Virus record (IMG/VR): IMGVR_UViG_3300027969_000050 | Location: 76,267 to 140,266 of that record | DNA: 64,000 bases | Strand: one strand, 5' to 3' | Source: a virus | Part shown: positions 53,700 through 64,000 of the stretch, one piece after another | Layout: every line of letters starts with the position of its first letter | Position numbering within the stretch: the first letter of the stretch is position 1 | Translations under genes and position numbers: made by a program | Notes under the pieces: model-generated | Told to the model about the DNA's origin: nothing | What the model saw: only the letters and a program-made list of their open reading frames with translations | The model's database searches: none

Positions 53700-54196
53700 G
53701 AATCCTCTCCTTTGACCCCGGAGCTGCTCGGATGGGGTTTGCCCTCTTAGAGACGGGTCCACGGTACCTTGAAAGCGGAATAGTGAGCTTAAAAAAAGAA
53801 ACAGACGAGACATATCAACAATATCGGATTCGGCTTATCACCTTTTGGGCAAAAAAATCCAGCTCAATGCTTAGAGCAATGAAACCCGATGTTGTTGTGA
53901 GCGAAATTGTCCCGGTAAAGGGTTTTTCAGATCCCTCACAGGCGTATTTGGCCGGATCGGCTATCTCAGCGGTTCAGACCATCACGGCCTTAAGAAAAGT
54001 TCCAAACGTAGTAGTTTCGGCCTCTTCAGTTAAGGCCTCAATTGCCCAGCACAAAGCAACCAAAGTTCAGGTTAGGAACGCAGTCATAGATGTCCTGCCA
54101 GAACTAGAGCATAGACGCAAAGACTGGACAAAGGTATTTGACGAATGCGATGCTATTGCGATTGGGCTTTACCATTTAAGGAACCATGCCAACTAA
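53696..54196 (+). CDS. ruvC: RuvC-like Holliday junction resolvase
   Basis: ILSFDPG, VVSE, ATKVQV, DECDAIAIG. Confidence 0.85.
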   Translation: MRILSFDPGAARMGFALLETGPRYLESGIVSLKKETDETYQQYRIRLITFWAKKSSSMLRAMKPDVVVSEIVPVKGFSDPSQAYLAGSAISAVQTITALRKVPNVVVSASSVKASIAQHKATKVQVRNAVIDVLPELEHRRKDWTKVFDECDAIAIGLYHLRNHAN

Positions 54197-54611
54197 GATT
54201 AATCCAGCAAACAAGGGCCGAGCGACTGAACAGATCCCGCCTCATCGAATCCTGCGTGAGGTTTACCGTCACTACAGCGAGTTTGAGGGGTACTTCTCTT
54301 CAACGGGCAAGCATATTATTGAACACGGGTACTTTGTCTACGAAGATGACCTAGAGACAATTAAAGAAAAGGTCATGGTTACGGTCTCCCTCTTTGACTT
54401 AAGAGATGGACTGAAACCGCAAAGCAAAGGCGGAATCCTTTCATCACGAAAGTTGGAAGCCGTTCAGCTAAACGTAATAAGAGACATGAAGCAGAGGGAC
54501 GTTGCAGACATCATGGGAATTACCACAGTTTCAGTTGGACAATACGTCGAGCAAGCGATGATCCAACTAGCAGATCAATACTTTATCCAAGGAGAGGACA
54601 ATGTTTTTTAA
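54186..54611 (+). CDS. Sigma-70 region-4-like HTH protein (candidate late transcription factor)
   Basis: LSSRKLEAV...MKQRDVADIMGITTVSV. Confidence 0.65.
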   Translation: MPTKINPANKGRATEQIPPHRILREVYRHYSEFEGYFSSTGKHIIEHGYFVYEDDLETIKEKVMVTVSLFDLRDGLKPQSKGGILSSRKLEAVQLNVIRDMKQRDVADIMGITTVSVGQYVEQAMIQLADQYFIQGEDNVF

Positions 54612-55062
54612 GAAAGAGGAGGCTCCAGAGTACATTCCGGGGAACGTCTACACCGGAAGAGAAATGGAACTGATCGCTGACGACATGCTTAAGGCAGACA
54701 GCAAGGCTGAGCTGTGTCGTGAGTGTGGAACCGGCGGAGACAAAACAGGAAAACTTAAGCACACAGAGCAAGGACTTGAGGATGGAAGCGGAAACGCTCT
54801 TCATATTGATTTTCCCGAGCTTGAATGCAAAAACGGACACAAGTGGTTCGAAGGTGAAGGCAAGGCAAAAGGTATTGGCGGGGACAACCCAATTCTATTT
54901 GAAGAACACTTTGCTTCTAGAAAGCGTCGTGAAATCTATACCTCGGTCGGAACCCCAGATCCATCCATCCAGCAGGGGATGTATTACAGGACCCACCCTC
55001 AAGGCCGCAAAGTTAATTCCAAGGAACAGCGCAAGAAGAATGGCGCAAGCTACTACCGCTAG
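54601..55062 (+). CDS. Hypothetical Zn-binding protein
   Basis: CRECG...CKNGH; GGAGAGG RBS. Confidence 0.65.
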   Translation: MFFKKEEAPEYIPGNVYTGREMELIADDMLKADSKAELCRECGTGGDKTGKLKHTEQGLEDGSGNALHIDFPELECKNGHKWFEGEGKAKGIGGDNPILFEEHFASRKRREIYTSVGTPDPSIQQGMYYRTHPQGRKVNSKEQRKKNGASYYR

Positions 55063-55070
55063 GAGACAAA

Positions 55071-55718
55071 ATGCCTAAATTTGAAAAGAAAGAAACCACT
55101 AGGAACTCTTCCGATGAAGGAGCCGCTATGGCGGTAGTTCCACCTATGATCGTTGAGCCAAAATGTCACGTCTGCAAGTCAAAGTACCGGACGGCAATTG
55201 ACAAGATGCTGGCCGCCGGAATTGGATTCACCGAGGTCTCAAGGACCTTTGACTTTGAGATCGACCGTCGATCCATTGCTAATCATGCTGAAAAACACAT
55301 GAACTACGAAGAGTCAGCCATTCGACAAATTGTTGAGCATGAGGCGCAGCAAATGTCAGAGAGCGCGGAGGAAGGCATCAAGGGCGTTCTGGCTAGGAAG
55401 GTATTTCTTCAAACAGCCCTATACAAGGTTCATCAGGCGGTTGTAAACGGAGAAGTTGAAGTGGAGGTTCGAGACGCTATCGGAATTATCCAGCAGCTAG
55501 ACAAGATGGATAGCGCAACCTCTAGCGCTGCCGTGGACGAGATCCGTATTCAGTTTAACGCTTTCCTTCAAGCAATGAAGGAGCTTGTTGATCCTAAGGA
55601 GTGGGATCAGATCCTTGCAAGGACCAGAGAGATCTTAGAGGCAAGCGATATTGGGATCAAGACGGAGCTGCCACAATTGGAATCCCCAAAAGAGAAACGT
55701 CAGTCTTCCGAAGGATAA
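55071..55718 (+). CDS. Zn/HTH protein, possibly terminase small subunit-like
   Basis: CHVC...HTH...NHAEKH, then helical region. Confidence 0.5.
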   Translation: MPKFEKKETTRNSSDEGAAMAVVPPMIVEPKCHVCKSKYRTAIDKMLAAGIGFTEVSRTFDFEIDRRSIANHAEKHMNYEESAIRQIVEHEAQQMSESAEEGIKGVLARKVFLQTALYKVHQAVVNGEVEVEVRDAIGIIQQLDKMDSATSSAAVDEIRIQFNAFLQAMKELVDPKEWDQILARTREILEASDIGIKTELPQLESPKEKRQSSEG

Positions 55719-57486
55719 TTGTCCTGCCGTGCTTGTAGACCCGTCCGTCAGTTGCGGTTAGGACCACTGAGACCTTGAATGGCATTGGCACCACACTTCC
55801 TACCTGATAGGAATGCACTGGGTTTGTTTGCGTGCTTGTGGCTCCGTCCCCAAAATCCCAAAGAGTCTTGTATACGCTTATCGCTCCGTGGCTCAGCGTA
55901 AACGTAATCGGGCGATTTGATTTGTAAATCGTATTAGAATATACGCTCATATTAGAGCTAGACACATAATTAGTTTCGTTGTCTCCTTCAATGGAGAACG
56001 AGATTGACCTAATGGGAGTTGCCGGACTTGAGATCTGGATAACCTTATCCACGACAACACCGGCGAATGAGCGCATTCCAAACAATGGGATCTCTACCTC
56101 GATTCCATTTTCATTTACGGTCTCCGGCTGTATGACTATTTCAGTGCCGCGAACCGCATCTACACGGCCTCCGATTGAAGTCCCCGGGGCGGGGACACCT
56201 TCCCAATAATCTGAGATTAACGGTGACTTACCGGAGAATCCTGTTTGAGTAGCGTCTAGGGCCTTGTAATGCTCGTCGTTAAAGACAACATGGTCGTCTA
56301 AGTAGTAAATTTTTGTTGGGGACCATGGTTCAACAGTCCTGCCAACAACTGCGTCCGCTGCTCGCCATGCTTTATTGGTTCCACTTGATGGGATATCGTA
56401 ATACCAATAAACATTACCTTTAGAAATTCCCTTGTAGTCAACTGGCGCCCAGTTTCCTTGATCGTCGCTCATCCAATACTGATTTAGCCCTACAGTTTTT
56501 CCTCGCACCATCCTTTGAGAATCGCTCTCTAAAAGGAAAAGGTAGCTGTAGCTCATAGGAGCCGAAAGAAGAGAGTCTCCGGCGTTAAGTCTTTGAAGAG
56601 GCCCGTTGGGTCCTCGATATCGATAAATTCCGTTTCCGCCGCCAGTCGCCCTAACCGCAGATTTGGTTGGAATGGTTTGTATTTTTACAAAGCAAAGACG
56701 GTCTCCTTGAAAGGAGTCACCGTCCCTTATGGCATTTTGAGATGCGGTATATCCCGGCCCAGCATCGTCTGTTATAAATGTTGTATTTTTTGGGAAGTAC
56801 GCTGGTTGTCCGGGAGCTTGAACAATCCGATACGTTGTGTTTAGAGAGAATTTGCTTATATCGTCAATAAAAATAACTCCCGACTGGCCCTTCAGACAAA
56901 CGACCTGCCAGAATTCACCATGCTTATTGTTGGTTACGAACCTAGGCTCCTCACGATCAATTATAGGAGGCCCTCCCGGTTGCCCGTCACGACCAACAAG
57001 CTCCCAGTCGGGATTATCGGTTCGCTTGTAGTACGGCTGTCCATTTCTATCAATTGCAGTGTCAATTTTTGCTGGGGGCAACAGTCCGGTCTCAGCGACA
57101 ATTGCATGGTATACCTCGCCAAGATGTTTGACACGCGAACCACGAGGGTAGCTCGAAGCTCCCGACCACGCACCAACTTCGCTGACCTCAGCAACCTGAC
57201 CAGTAAGAAGAAAAAGGTCCCCACTGTTTGGGCTGTAATTATAAATATCCGTAAGTCTGGCGTCCATTGACGTGTCAATGTTGGAACTAATTACCGCCTT
57301 AATCGAAGAGTTGAAAAGAGACAACGTGATGGCGCTCTCAACATCAAAAGAAGAGAACCTACCCTCAGCTAGGAACGCGACTTCGGCAAAACTATTTTTA
57401 TATGGTTTTGGTGGAACGGGCTTCGGAGTGGGCTTCGGCTTTGGCTTCGGCTTCGGCTTTGGCTTATTCTCAGGTTTTTTGGCCAT
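55657..57486 (-). CDS. Tail/baseplate protein with carbohydrate-binding-like Trp repeats and a PKD domain
   Basis: WSGASSYP.G..V and WSPTKIYY..D.V; WDFGDG...NPVHSY; Pro-Lys N-terminus. Confidence 0.7.
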   Translation of the reverse strand: MAKKPENKPKPKPKPKPKPTPKPVPPKPYKNSFAEVAFLAEGRFSSFDVESAITLSLFNSSIKAVISSNIDTSMDARLTDIYNYSPNSGDLFLLTGQVAEVSEVGAWSGASSYPRGSRVKHLGEVYHAIVAETGLLPPAKIDTAIDRNGQPYYKRTDNPDWELVGRDGQPGGPPIIDREEPRFVTNNKHGEFWQVVCLKGQSGVIFIDDISKFSLNTTYRIVQAPGQPAYFPKNTTFITDDAGPGYTASQNAIRDGDSFQGDRLCFVKIQTIPTKSAVRATGGGNGIYRYRGPNGPLQRLNAGDSLLSAPMSYSYLFLLESDSQRMVRGKTVGLNQYWMSDDQGNWAPVDYKGISKGNVYWYYDIPSSGTNKAWRAADAVVGRTVEPWSPTKIYYLDDHVVFNDEHYKALDATQTGFSGKSPLISDYWEGVPAPGTSIGGRVDAVRGTEIVIQPETVNENGIEVEIPLFGMRSFAGVVVDKVIQISSPATPIRSISFSIEGDNETNYVSSSNMSVYSNTIYKSNRPITFTLSHGAISVYKTLWDFGDGATSTQTNPVHSYQVGSVVPMPFKVSVVLTATDGRVYKHGRTIILRKTDVSLLGIPIVAAPS

Positions 57487-60277
57487 TACTTAACTTCGTC
57501 CTCCCAAACAATTTTTCCAAGCTCTGCGTATTTTGGCAATATTTGTACATCATGGATAGTGCTATCAACAAACTTAGAAATGCCTTGAACCTGCAAGTTC
57601 TTTCCGGGATTGTTGAATACGACTCCCCCGTATTGAGAATCGACAACGCCCTTCATGGGGACCCATTTATCTTCCTGATCTGGCCTTGCCGACCAAGCTA
57701 TAGAGGGAGACTTGATGCTAAGTTCGTCCACATACCATTCACCAAACGAAGACGACGTAACATAAAGGGCGTAATAACCGCATTCTGTTACGCTGACCGT
57801 CCTGTCGATCTCAACCCACTCGGAGCTAAAAAGATCATGTGCGTATACAGGAACGACTTGGTCGGTCTCGTAGCAATAAAGAAAAACCTCGAGGCCCACT
57901 CCAGAAATTGTTTTAAACGTGATTCTTGCATCGTTTGGGTTCTGAACAAAGAACCTACCGGTCTTAATTCCCTCGTATCTAAGTTGTCCCGTCGTATTGA
58001 CCTTGTACGACTTACCTGATTTTGATTTGCTGAGGTCTTGATTAATTGACCCACCCCAATCCGATGCCGATACGCCAATTCCACCAACAAGGTTTAGTGG
58101 CGGTGTTCCAGATTTAAAGATTTGAACTCCGGAGTAAGGATTTCGAGAGCGCAATGGGGCCGAGCGATATTCAGAGAACTGCACGTCCTCAATTAAAATT
58201 CTTTGGACGCTTGAACGCATGTCAATCAGCTCTGATTTCCATCCAACCCCACCTCTAAGCCTAAAGTCAAGAGGGAAAAATCCAGTTTCGAATACGACAG
58301 AGCGATCTACCCAATTTCCCTCGTTTTCGTGCGGAAGGAGAACAATCTCAATATTGATTCGATTGCCATCAAAGCTCATTCTCAAAGAGTAAGGAAGCAT
58401 GGGGTTCAGGCTGATCTCGTCCCACACGCTGCTGGATTCATTGGTTACAAACGAAAGCTCAGCTTCGGTATTATTCCACTCCAAGGTACACACCCCTTGA
58501 TATGGGATCCCGGAGTTGACTAGCTGCTCGTCCTCATTGAGATTTTCGTCCTCTTGTAGAGCAATCTGATCTCTAGGCGCCGAGTCCGAGTCCATGATGA
58601 CAAAGGAAATTTTATTATTCGCCGGGTTCAATGCAAAGGTCGTGCTGTCAGAGCAGTCAGTGGCCTGCATAGATAACTTAATGTCTACATATGCTCCGGA
58701 CACCTTTTTCAGCCCGTTGATATAAGGGCCTGCGTCCTCAAAGCTATAAATTCCGTCCGCCCCATCAAACTGCATTAGTGAAAGATATTGATTTGGAGAA
58801 TACTTTCCTACGGCGTAGTGATTCTCAATGTCAATTTGAGACAATGTAGTTCCGAACACGGCAAGTTCATCTAGATCTCCAATAATGCCTCTAGGCCCAA
58901 ACCCCGAAAATAAAAGAACAACCATTACGAGCTGCTCCAAGCGCCAATTGAAAATGGTGCGGTAGCGTCGGTATCAACCGATGAGGAAACGGTGAAAGTT
59001 CCAACCAGAACCGCGTTTAGGTAAATCTTGAGGGCGGTTCCGCTACGAGTTACGACTATGTAGTTCCAATTTCCAGCCGAAACACCAGCGCCACTTGTGG
59101 TATACGTCTGGGTGTTTAATTGAAATAGAATCTCGCCAGCGCTGGTTACTGCAAACCGATAAGACCCGTGACCAGCCGTTGGGTCGTACCGTCCGGTTGA
59201 CGGGTCAATTGGCTCAACGTACTTTGCGGCAAGACCCATTGGACGACCAGAAGAAAAGGATGCCGAAGTTAACCGAACCCAGCAACTGATTGAAAAGTTT
59301 GAAGTAATTTCATGAATTGAATTTGGCGTCTGAACCGGCTGGATGACAACATCGCCTCCATTAAACCTAATGGCGTTTGGTTCACTATATGGAAGGCTAC
59401 CAGTATTGAAATCTGCTACAAACACCCCACCAAGGGCCTTCACACGGGAGTTGTCGCTATTAGCCCAGATCATCTTTGGTTCCGAAACGGGAAGATCTCC
59501 AAGAATGCCCACTCCGGTTTTAGCTGAGGACCGAACCAAAGAATCAAACCGTGTATTTACCTTCATTGGTTTCCATGAAGATCCGTATTTACGAATTCCG
59601 ATATCAGAAACGTACATCCTACTTCCGCTCGCCGTGTCTTTTAGGCTTAATCTGACAGACGCAATGGAGTTTGCGCCAGAGGATACGGCGGGGATTTTAG
59701 ATACGGCGAAGTAAATTTGACGATTGCTTTGGGTGATGCCCGTTCCAGAAAGGGCAACGCTTCTCCAGCTTGCGGAGTTAAGCGCAGCGTTTTGAACGTT
59801 TGAAAACATTATGAAAGACTGAGTTAAGTCAATATTGGAAGACACCTCGGGAACCGTCAAGTACACGATGTCGTTGCTAGCAAAATTATTTAGGTCAATG
59901 TCGTAATTTGCTGGCTCTTTTGGAAGGGCAAATTCGGGGCGTGTAATTGTAGAGGTAAAGTCGCTAGTGGCGCCAGCGCCATTACATACAAAACCAAGCT
60001 CCGGTTTAAGACCCGGCTTCTCACGACTTACTATTGAGGCCGAAAGACGAGCAATCCATCCGTCTCCGGGCCTGCGGGTATTGATTTGCAACTCACTCAT
60101 TCTAAAACCGCTGATCTGAGAGCATGTTTTTCTTGTAAGAAAGTGGAGGGGAATAATCCCGTAAACTCCGTTTTGATCCATTGACCGAACGTCTCTGTGG
60201 TCGTCGCTGGGTCCACCAGATACGGTTCGATATCCAGCCAAGACTGGCGAATCAAAATTTTCGTTAAGCAAAGTCAT
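57486..60277 (-). CDS. LamG-domain tail protein, split by an apparent frameshift near 58930
   Basis: LamG strands FSISCWV...WNYIVVT...FSIG in 58925..60286 continue as GDLDELAVF...LS..I..HY in 57486..58940. Confidence 0.65.
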
Positions 60278-62084
60278 TGATCTCAATATTTACTAGGTCG
60301 CCAAACGACTCGTTGTATATCGGAGGGCTTGAATCATCTGTGTATGTATCACGAATAAACCTCACGCTCTTTATTCCTGCGAAGTATGCTCGGTTGTTTC
60401 TGAAAGTTGTCTCTAGTACCCTGTATTTGTGACGGCATTCAATAAAGAAGAACATTTCTGGATAGCTAAGCTCCGACATCAGCTTTTCTCTATTGAGGGT
60501 GGAGACCTCTGTCATGATTGCAGTGCTGGCGGCCCCCATTTCTTCTGTTATTTCGCTACGGACGTCGCTTTGTAAAGCATCGGTTAGCAATGTCCCATTT
60601 TTCCCAGAAGGCCCAATTAGGTATGGATTAAAGTCGTAGTTGATTTTATTTATGGTAGAAATATCAACCAGATCTTCTAAGTCTGTTTTGCTTAGGAATG
60701 ATTTAAAGTCGTCTATCTTGCCAAGCTGACCCGGAGCGAGAGGCCTCTGCTCGTCTTGATAATAAGAAAAGGCAAGGGCGTATGCGTCATGAATGACATT
60801 GACCATTGTCGGCACAAGGTTGTCAAGCCTTTTGAGTTCCATATCAATAAGAAAATAATCTAGAACCCACTTGGGGTGCTTCTTATATGAGACGGCCTTG
60901 CTAAACCCTCCCGGGTTATAGGGCTTGGCTTGAAGGGAACTGAACTCTAACTTGATAAATCGTGCGGAGATAGGCTGTGGAAGAGGAAAAGTATTCTTAT
61001 GCGTTAGGCGATACGTCCTTGGGACCCTGTTCCACAGCTTATTGTCCCAATCGTCTGGGCTTACCGCAGAGCCGCCCTCGCTGGAATAGTACACAGACAT
61101 AATTAAACCCGGGGTCGTTGGGTCTACCTCTATGGAATCTATTGTTACGTCATTTAGATGATCAAAGTAAAGCGACTCAACTGCAAACTTAGACGGGTTT
61201 GGTTTTGACACCCAGAATGCGTTATTCGCTGTAAGGTTTCCGACCTTATTTCGGTTTACGCAAGCTCGGACGGCGTTGCCAAAAAAATCGTAACCAGAAT
61301 CGGCAGTTGCAGCAAGCACACGATATCTAAAAGTGCTAGAAGGCCATACAACGGCAGCTTGCCCACTAACCGATTCAATTTTAATGTGAAAAATTGAATC
61401 AAGCATTGTTTGTGACACGCCTGCTGGTTCCGTGAACCTAACTGTCTCCCATCCCGAGGAAAGGGTGTTTGTATGGGTGTGACTAGCTAAAATTCTTCCC
61501 AGATAGGAACGATTGGCGACCAATGGGTCGTTTTCGATAAACCCTAATTCAAACTCTGATGGATCAAAAACAAACTCAGCGGTACCAACCTTGGTCATTA
61601 ACCATCCGGTCTTACCGTTGACCGTTCCCTGTTGAACCCATACGTCAAGCCCAGAAGCAAGCTCTGTTGCGATTAATTCATCGGCGTCAGAGGTCCGAGA
61701 CCAAGTACCAGAAGCCGCAGCATAAATTCCATTCTTTGTCCTGTCGGTCTGATTCTTAACCAGAACGCGGTTTCCCGCCGATAGGACCGACCCGTCTATT
61801 GTTTGCAGTCCGCTAAGGGAAATATTTTGTGTGGTGGCAACCTTAACGTTCAGGAACGAGGTGGCGATCCGATCCATAATTTGATAGGAGAAGACTCCTC
61901 CGGGGCCAGATGAATATGCTTGGAATCCAGTCAAATCTGGGACCAAGGATCCCCTAGGGTATCCGGGAGGAAGCAAAAAATCTGCCTGCGTTGCCCCGAA
62001 ACTAACCCCAGTAACATTGCTGGTTCCGCCAGTTGATGTGTTTACGCTCCCCTTAAGGATTACGCCATCAAGATACTCTTCCAA
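60264..62084 (-). CDS. Tail/baseplate structural protein
   Basis: VKVATTQNISLSGLQTIDG...RVLVKNQT...NGIY module; discoidin-like FWVS...ARFIKLEF. Confidence 0.7.
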   Translation of the reverse strand: MEEYLDGVILKGSVNTSTGGTSNVTGVSFGATQADFLLPPGYPRGSLVPDLTGFQAYSSGPGGVFSYQIMDRIATSFLNVKVATTQNISLSGLQTIDGSVLSAGNRVLVKNQTDRTKNGIYAAASGTWSRTSDADELIATELASGLDVWVQQGTVNGKTGWLMTKVGTAEFVFDPSEFELGFIENDPLVANRSYLGRILASHTHTNTLSSGWETVRFTEPAGVSQTMLDSIFHIKIESVSGQAAVVWPSSTFRYRVLAATADSGYDFFGNAVRACVNRNKVGNLTANNAFWVSKPNPSKFAVESLYFDHLNDVTIDSIEVDPTTPGLIMSVYYSSEGGSAVSPDDWDNKLWNRVPRTYRLTHKNTFPLPQPISARFIKLEFSSLQAKPYNPGGFSKAVSYKKHPKWVLDYFLIDMELKRLDNLVPTMVNVIHDAYALAFSYYQDEQRPLAPGQLGKIDDFKSFLSKTDLEDLVDISTINKINYDFNPYLIGPSGKNGTLLTDALQSDVRSEITEEMGAASTAIMTEVSTLNREKLMSELSYPEMFFFIECRHKYRVLETTFRNNRAYFAGIKSVRFIRDTYTDDSSPPIYNESFGDLVNIEINDFA

Positions 62085-63636
62085 CTCGTAACCCCCTAAC
62101 TGGAATTGACCAAGGATTTTCTAGCGTGCTAAATATGCGGCGGAACCTAATTCGAATAAACCGAGTAAAGATAGTGTGGTCTGATCCGTCCGAAAGTTCA
62201 AAGGTAATATGCTCCCAAACAGACGACCGTTGAGGATCTATCTTTAACGAAGAGATTGGGCCAATCTTTGTTGCCGTGGCGAAGGACGTGTTAGTCGTGT
62301 GTCCAGTGCTGTCGTACTGCAACACTGTTGGATCAACATTGTCGAAAAGAATGTCAAACGAGACTGGAAGGTTAAGCGTCTCAAACGAAACAAAATTAAC
62401 GGCCTTTGCCTCGCCAAGGTCAATCTCAAGATATTCATACGAATCAGGGCTACCCGGTTGTGCAGACCAAAACTCATTATTGTCTGGCGATCCTTCTACG
62501 AGACCTAGGTAAGTGTCAGGGTAAACGTAATTGAATAAGGCATTTGGGCGAGAGGAGTTCATCGCTGTAACAACGTCTGTTCCACGAGCCATTGAGCTGC
62601 CATTTGCAATAACCCGGCGGGGACTAAAAATCTCGCTGTCGTCTGTGTACGTTGATAAAAATGGAAACAGCGCTGCTTGTTCAGCAGGAAACTTTCCCAC
62701 CTGCGTTGACGAAGCGGAAATGTCTTTAATCAGATGGAAGAATTCGTAATTGTGTGGCGCCTTTGTTTCCGGAGCCTGAACTTCTTGATTTGGCTTAATC
62801 CAATTAATTTCGTTTGTCTCTGGCCAAACGATTGACGAGGTTCCCGTTACAAACAAAGAAGACTGAGTTAGGTCGCTTGACGAATAGGATTTTGTCCAGT
62901 GGTGTACTCGACCACCGGCGCTGCCCGGGGTTATTGTAATAAAAACATCCGCTGGCTTGATTCGGCTAAGAGCCGACTCGGCGTTGTGGCGATCATATTG
63001 GAATTGGTTTTTATCTGACCCCACAGCATACTCGTCTGCGGTCAGAATGGGCCGGACGACAAGCTCGTTTAGGCTTCTTGTTGAGCCAATTTCATCAAGG
63101 CCCAAGGGAACCTCAGAATGCTGATCGAATAGCGTTCGGTAGCGCTCAACAAGCTCAGCGTTATTATCAAGCCCGGATTTGGCAACAAGGCTAAGACCAT
63201 TAATTGTGCCACCCATGTGAGCGCCCTTGATAAAGTTAATGGCGCGGTTTCTGTACTTGGTGTCCTTGGCTTTAATTTCATCCCAGCCCGGAATCGTGTA
63301 TAGGCTTCCGGCGTTGTCGTAAGACTCATCGAGAACCCTTGAAAATTTAAAAGGGTCTCCGTAGAAGCTATCAAGGTCAAATCCTTCAATCCCCGAGTCC
63401 TCTAGGGCCAATCGGGCTTTAACGTAACCGTCCTGCACAAGAGCCATTCCAAGAGGCCCGAGCAGGGTGAAGAGAAGCTTGACAAGTACTGAACCGGGCG
63501 CCTTGTTGTAAAGAGAGTCAGGAAAGTTGTCGAGGTGATACGCAGAGGCAGACGGGCTGTTCAGCGGCTCAATGAAAAAGTCCTGAGGGATGCTGGTTAC
63601 AACCGTCGGGATTCTAGTGAGGTCCGCGTCCATCAC
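62068..63636 (-). CDS. Baseplate wedge-like protein with discoidin-like domain
   Basis: YRNR...GGT..GL, RIKP; FWSA...YLEIDLG...VNFVSFE. Confidence 0.6.
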   Translation of the reverse strand: MMDADLTRIPTVVTSIPQDFFIEPLNSPSASAYHLDNFPDSLYNKAPGSVLVKLLFTLLGPLGMALVQDGYVKARLALEDSGIEGFDLDSFYGDPFKFSRVLDESYDNAGSLYTIPGWDEIKAKDTKYRNRAINFIKGAHMGGTINGLSLVAKSGLDNNAELVERYRTLFDQHSEVPLGLDEIGSTRSLNELVVRPILTADEYAVGSDKNQFQYDRHNAESALSRIKPADVFITITPGSAGGRVHHWTKSYSSSDLTQSSLFVTGTSSIVWPETNEINWIKPNQEVQAPETKAPHNYEFFHLIKDISASSTQVGKFPAEQAALFPFLSTYTDDSEIFSPRRVIANGSSMARGTDVVTAMNSSRPNALFNYVYPDTYLGLVEGSPDNNEFWSAQPGSPDSYEYLEIDLGEAKAVNFVSFETLNLPVSFDILFDNVDPTVLQYDSTGHTTNTSFATATKIGPISSLKIDPQRSSVWEHITFELSDGSDHTIFTRFIRIRFRRIFSTLENPWSIPVRGLRVGRVS

Positions 63637-63998
63637 TTATTCCAATTGCTTTGAACCCTCTTAGTGATGATCAGACCGGGAACCGTGTCTCCATCAACGG
63701 CAAGTAGGGGAAGTGAAGGAAGCTCATTGTCGCCTAGACCAAAATCGCTATTCAAAACATATGGACCCCCATCAAGGGGTTTGTATGGGTTTTCTTCGCC
63801 TCTTGCTTTCACGTTATCATGCGGAACCGTAATGATGAATGGGTCTGTTGGTACTCCGGAGCCAGACACCGTTGAGCCGAAATAGACATAGCGAACCTCG
63901 CTCTGTAAAGCGTCTCGCGTTATGTTGTATGGAAGTGCGTTTGTGCTTCCTCCATCAAAGATAATTCGGAACTCGCCGCTTGTTGGGGATCCAGATCG
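63633..63998 (-). CDS. Baseplate/tail protein C-terminal part (truncated by window edge)
   Basis: Frame is open to the window end; overlaps the next start codon. Confidence 0.55.
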   Translation of the reverse strand, partial: RSGSPTSGEFRIIFDGGSTNALPYNITRDALQSEVRYVYFGSTVSGSGVPTDPFIITVPHDNVKARGEENPYKPLDGGPYVLNSDFGLGDNELPSLPLLAVDGDTVPGLIITKRVQSNWNK

Positions 63999-64000
63999 GA

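Noticed and set aside
55657-55718. 62-nt convergent overlap as a regulatory feature
   Set aside because: It only joins the tails of two opposing operons; no structure supports a function, and it may reflect stop-codon drift.
1-64000. Alternative genetic code or stop-codon reassignment
   Set aside because: Long genes read through in the standard code and end in all three stop codons; the breaks seen are frameshifts, not in-frame stops.

Overview
This 64-kb window is a segment of a large tailed-phage genome. The gene content and order resemble, from memory, large actinobacterial myoviruses, and the host may be Thermoleophilia-like (inference). Layout: (1) 1-5.4 kb, GC-richer early region with a Ku homologue and small genes. 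(2) 5.5-38 kb, minus-strand late block with a 2157-aa polyprotein-like gene, nucleotidyltransferase and nuclease genes, nucleotide-metabolism genes, portal, head proteins, terminase large subunit, tail-collar fibres, endolysin and an NlpC/P60 protein. (3) 38-41 kb, three CCA-less tRNAs, an HNH gene, a candidate structured ncRNA and a frameshifted class II ribonucleotide reductase. (4) 41.2-55.7 kb, plus-strand replication/recombination operon (helicase loader, DnaB, primase, SSB, RNase HI, DnaE, RecA, resolvases, sigma-like factor). (5) 55.7-64 kb, minus-strand baseplate/tail genes. The standout is ORF 5509..11982: twelve units of about 100-210 aa, each ending in a [FL]-[KRH]-F-G-[AS] motif, 11 of them sharing a G-x5-H signature, followed by a complete class II CCA-adding enzyme with an HD domain. 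It looks like a cleavable, possibly virion-packaged polyprotein. Nearby ORF 16208..18181 carries a papain-like Cys-His-Asp domain, a copy of the repeat and a decayed copy of the CCA-enzyme head domain, and it abuts a Pol-beta nucleotidyltransferase. All family calls come from motif recognition by eye; no database searches were run.
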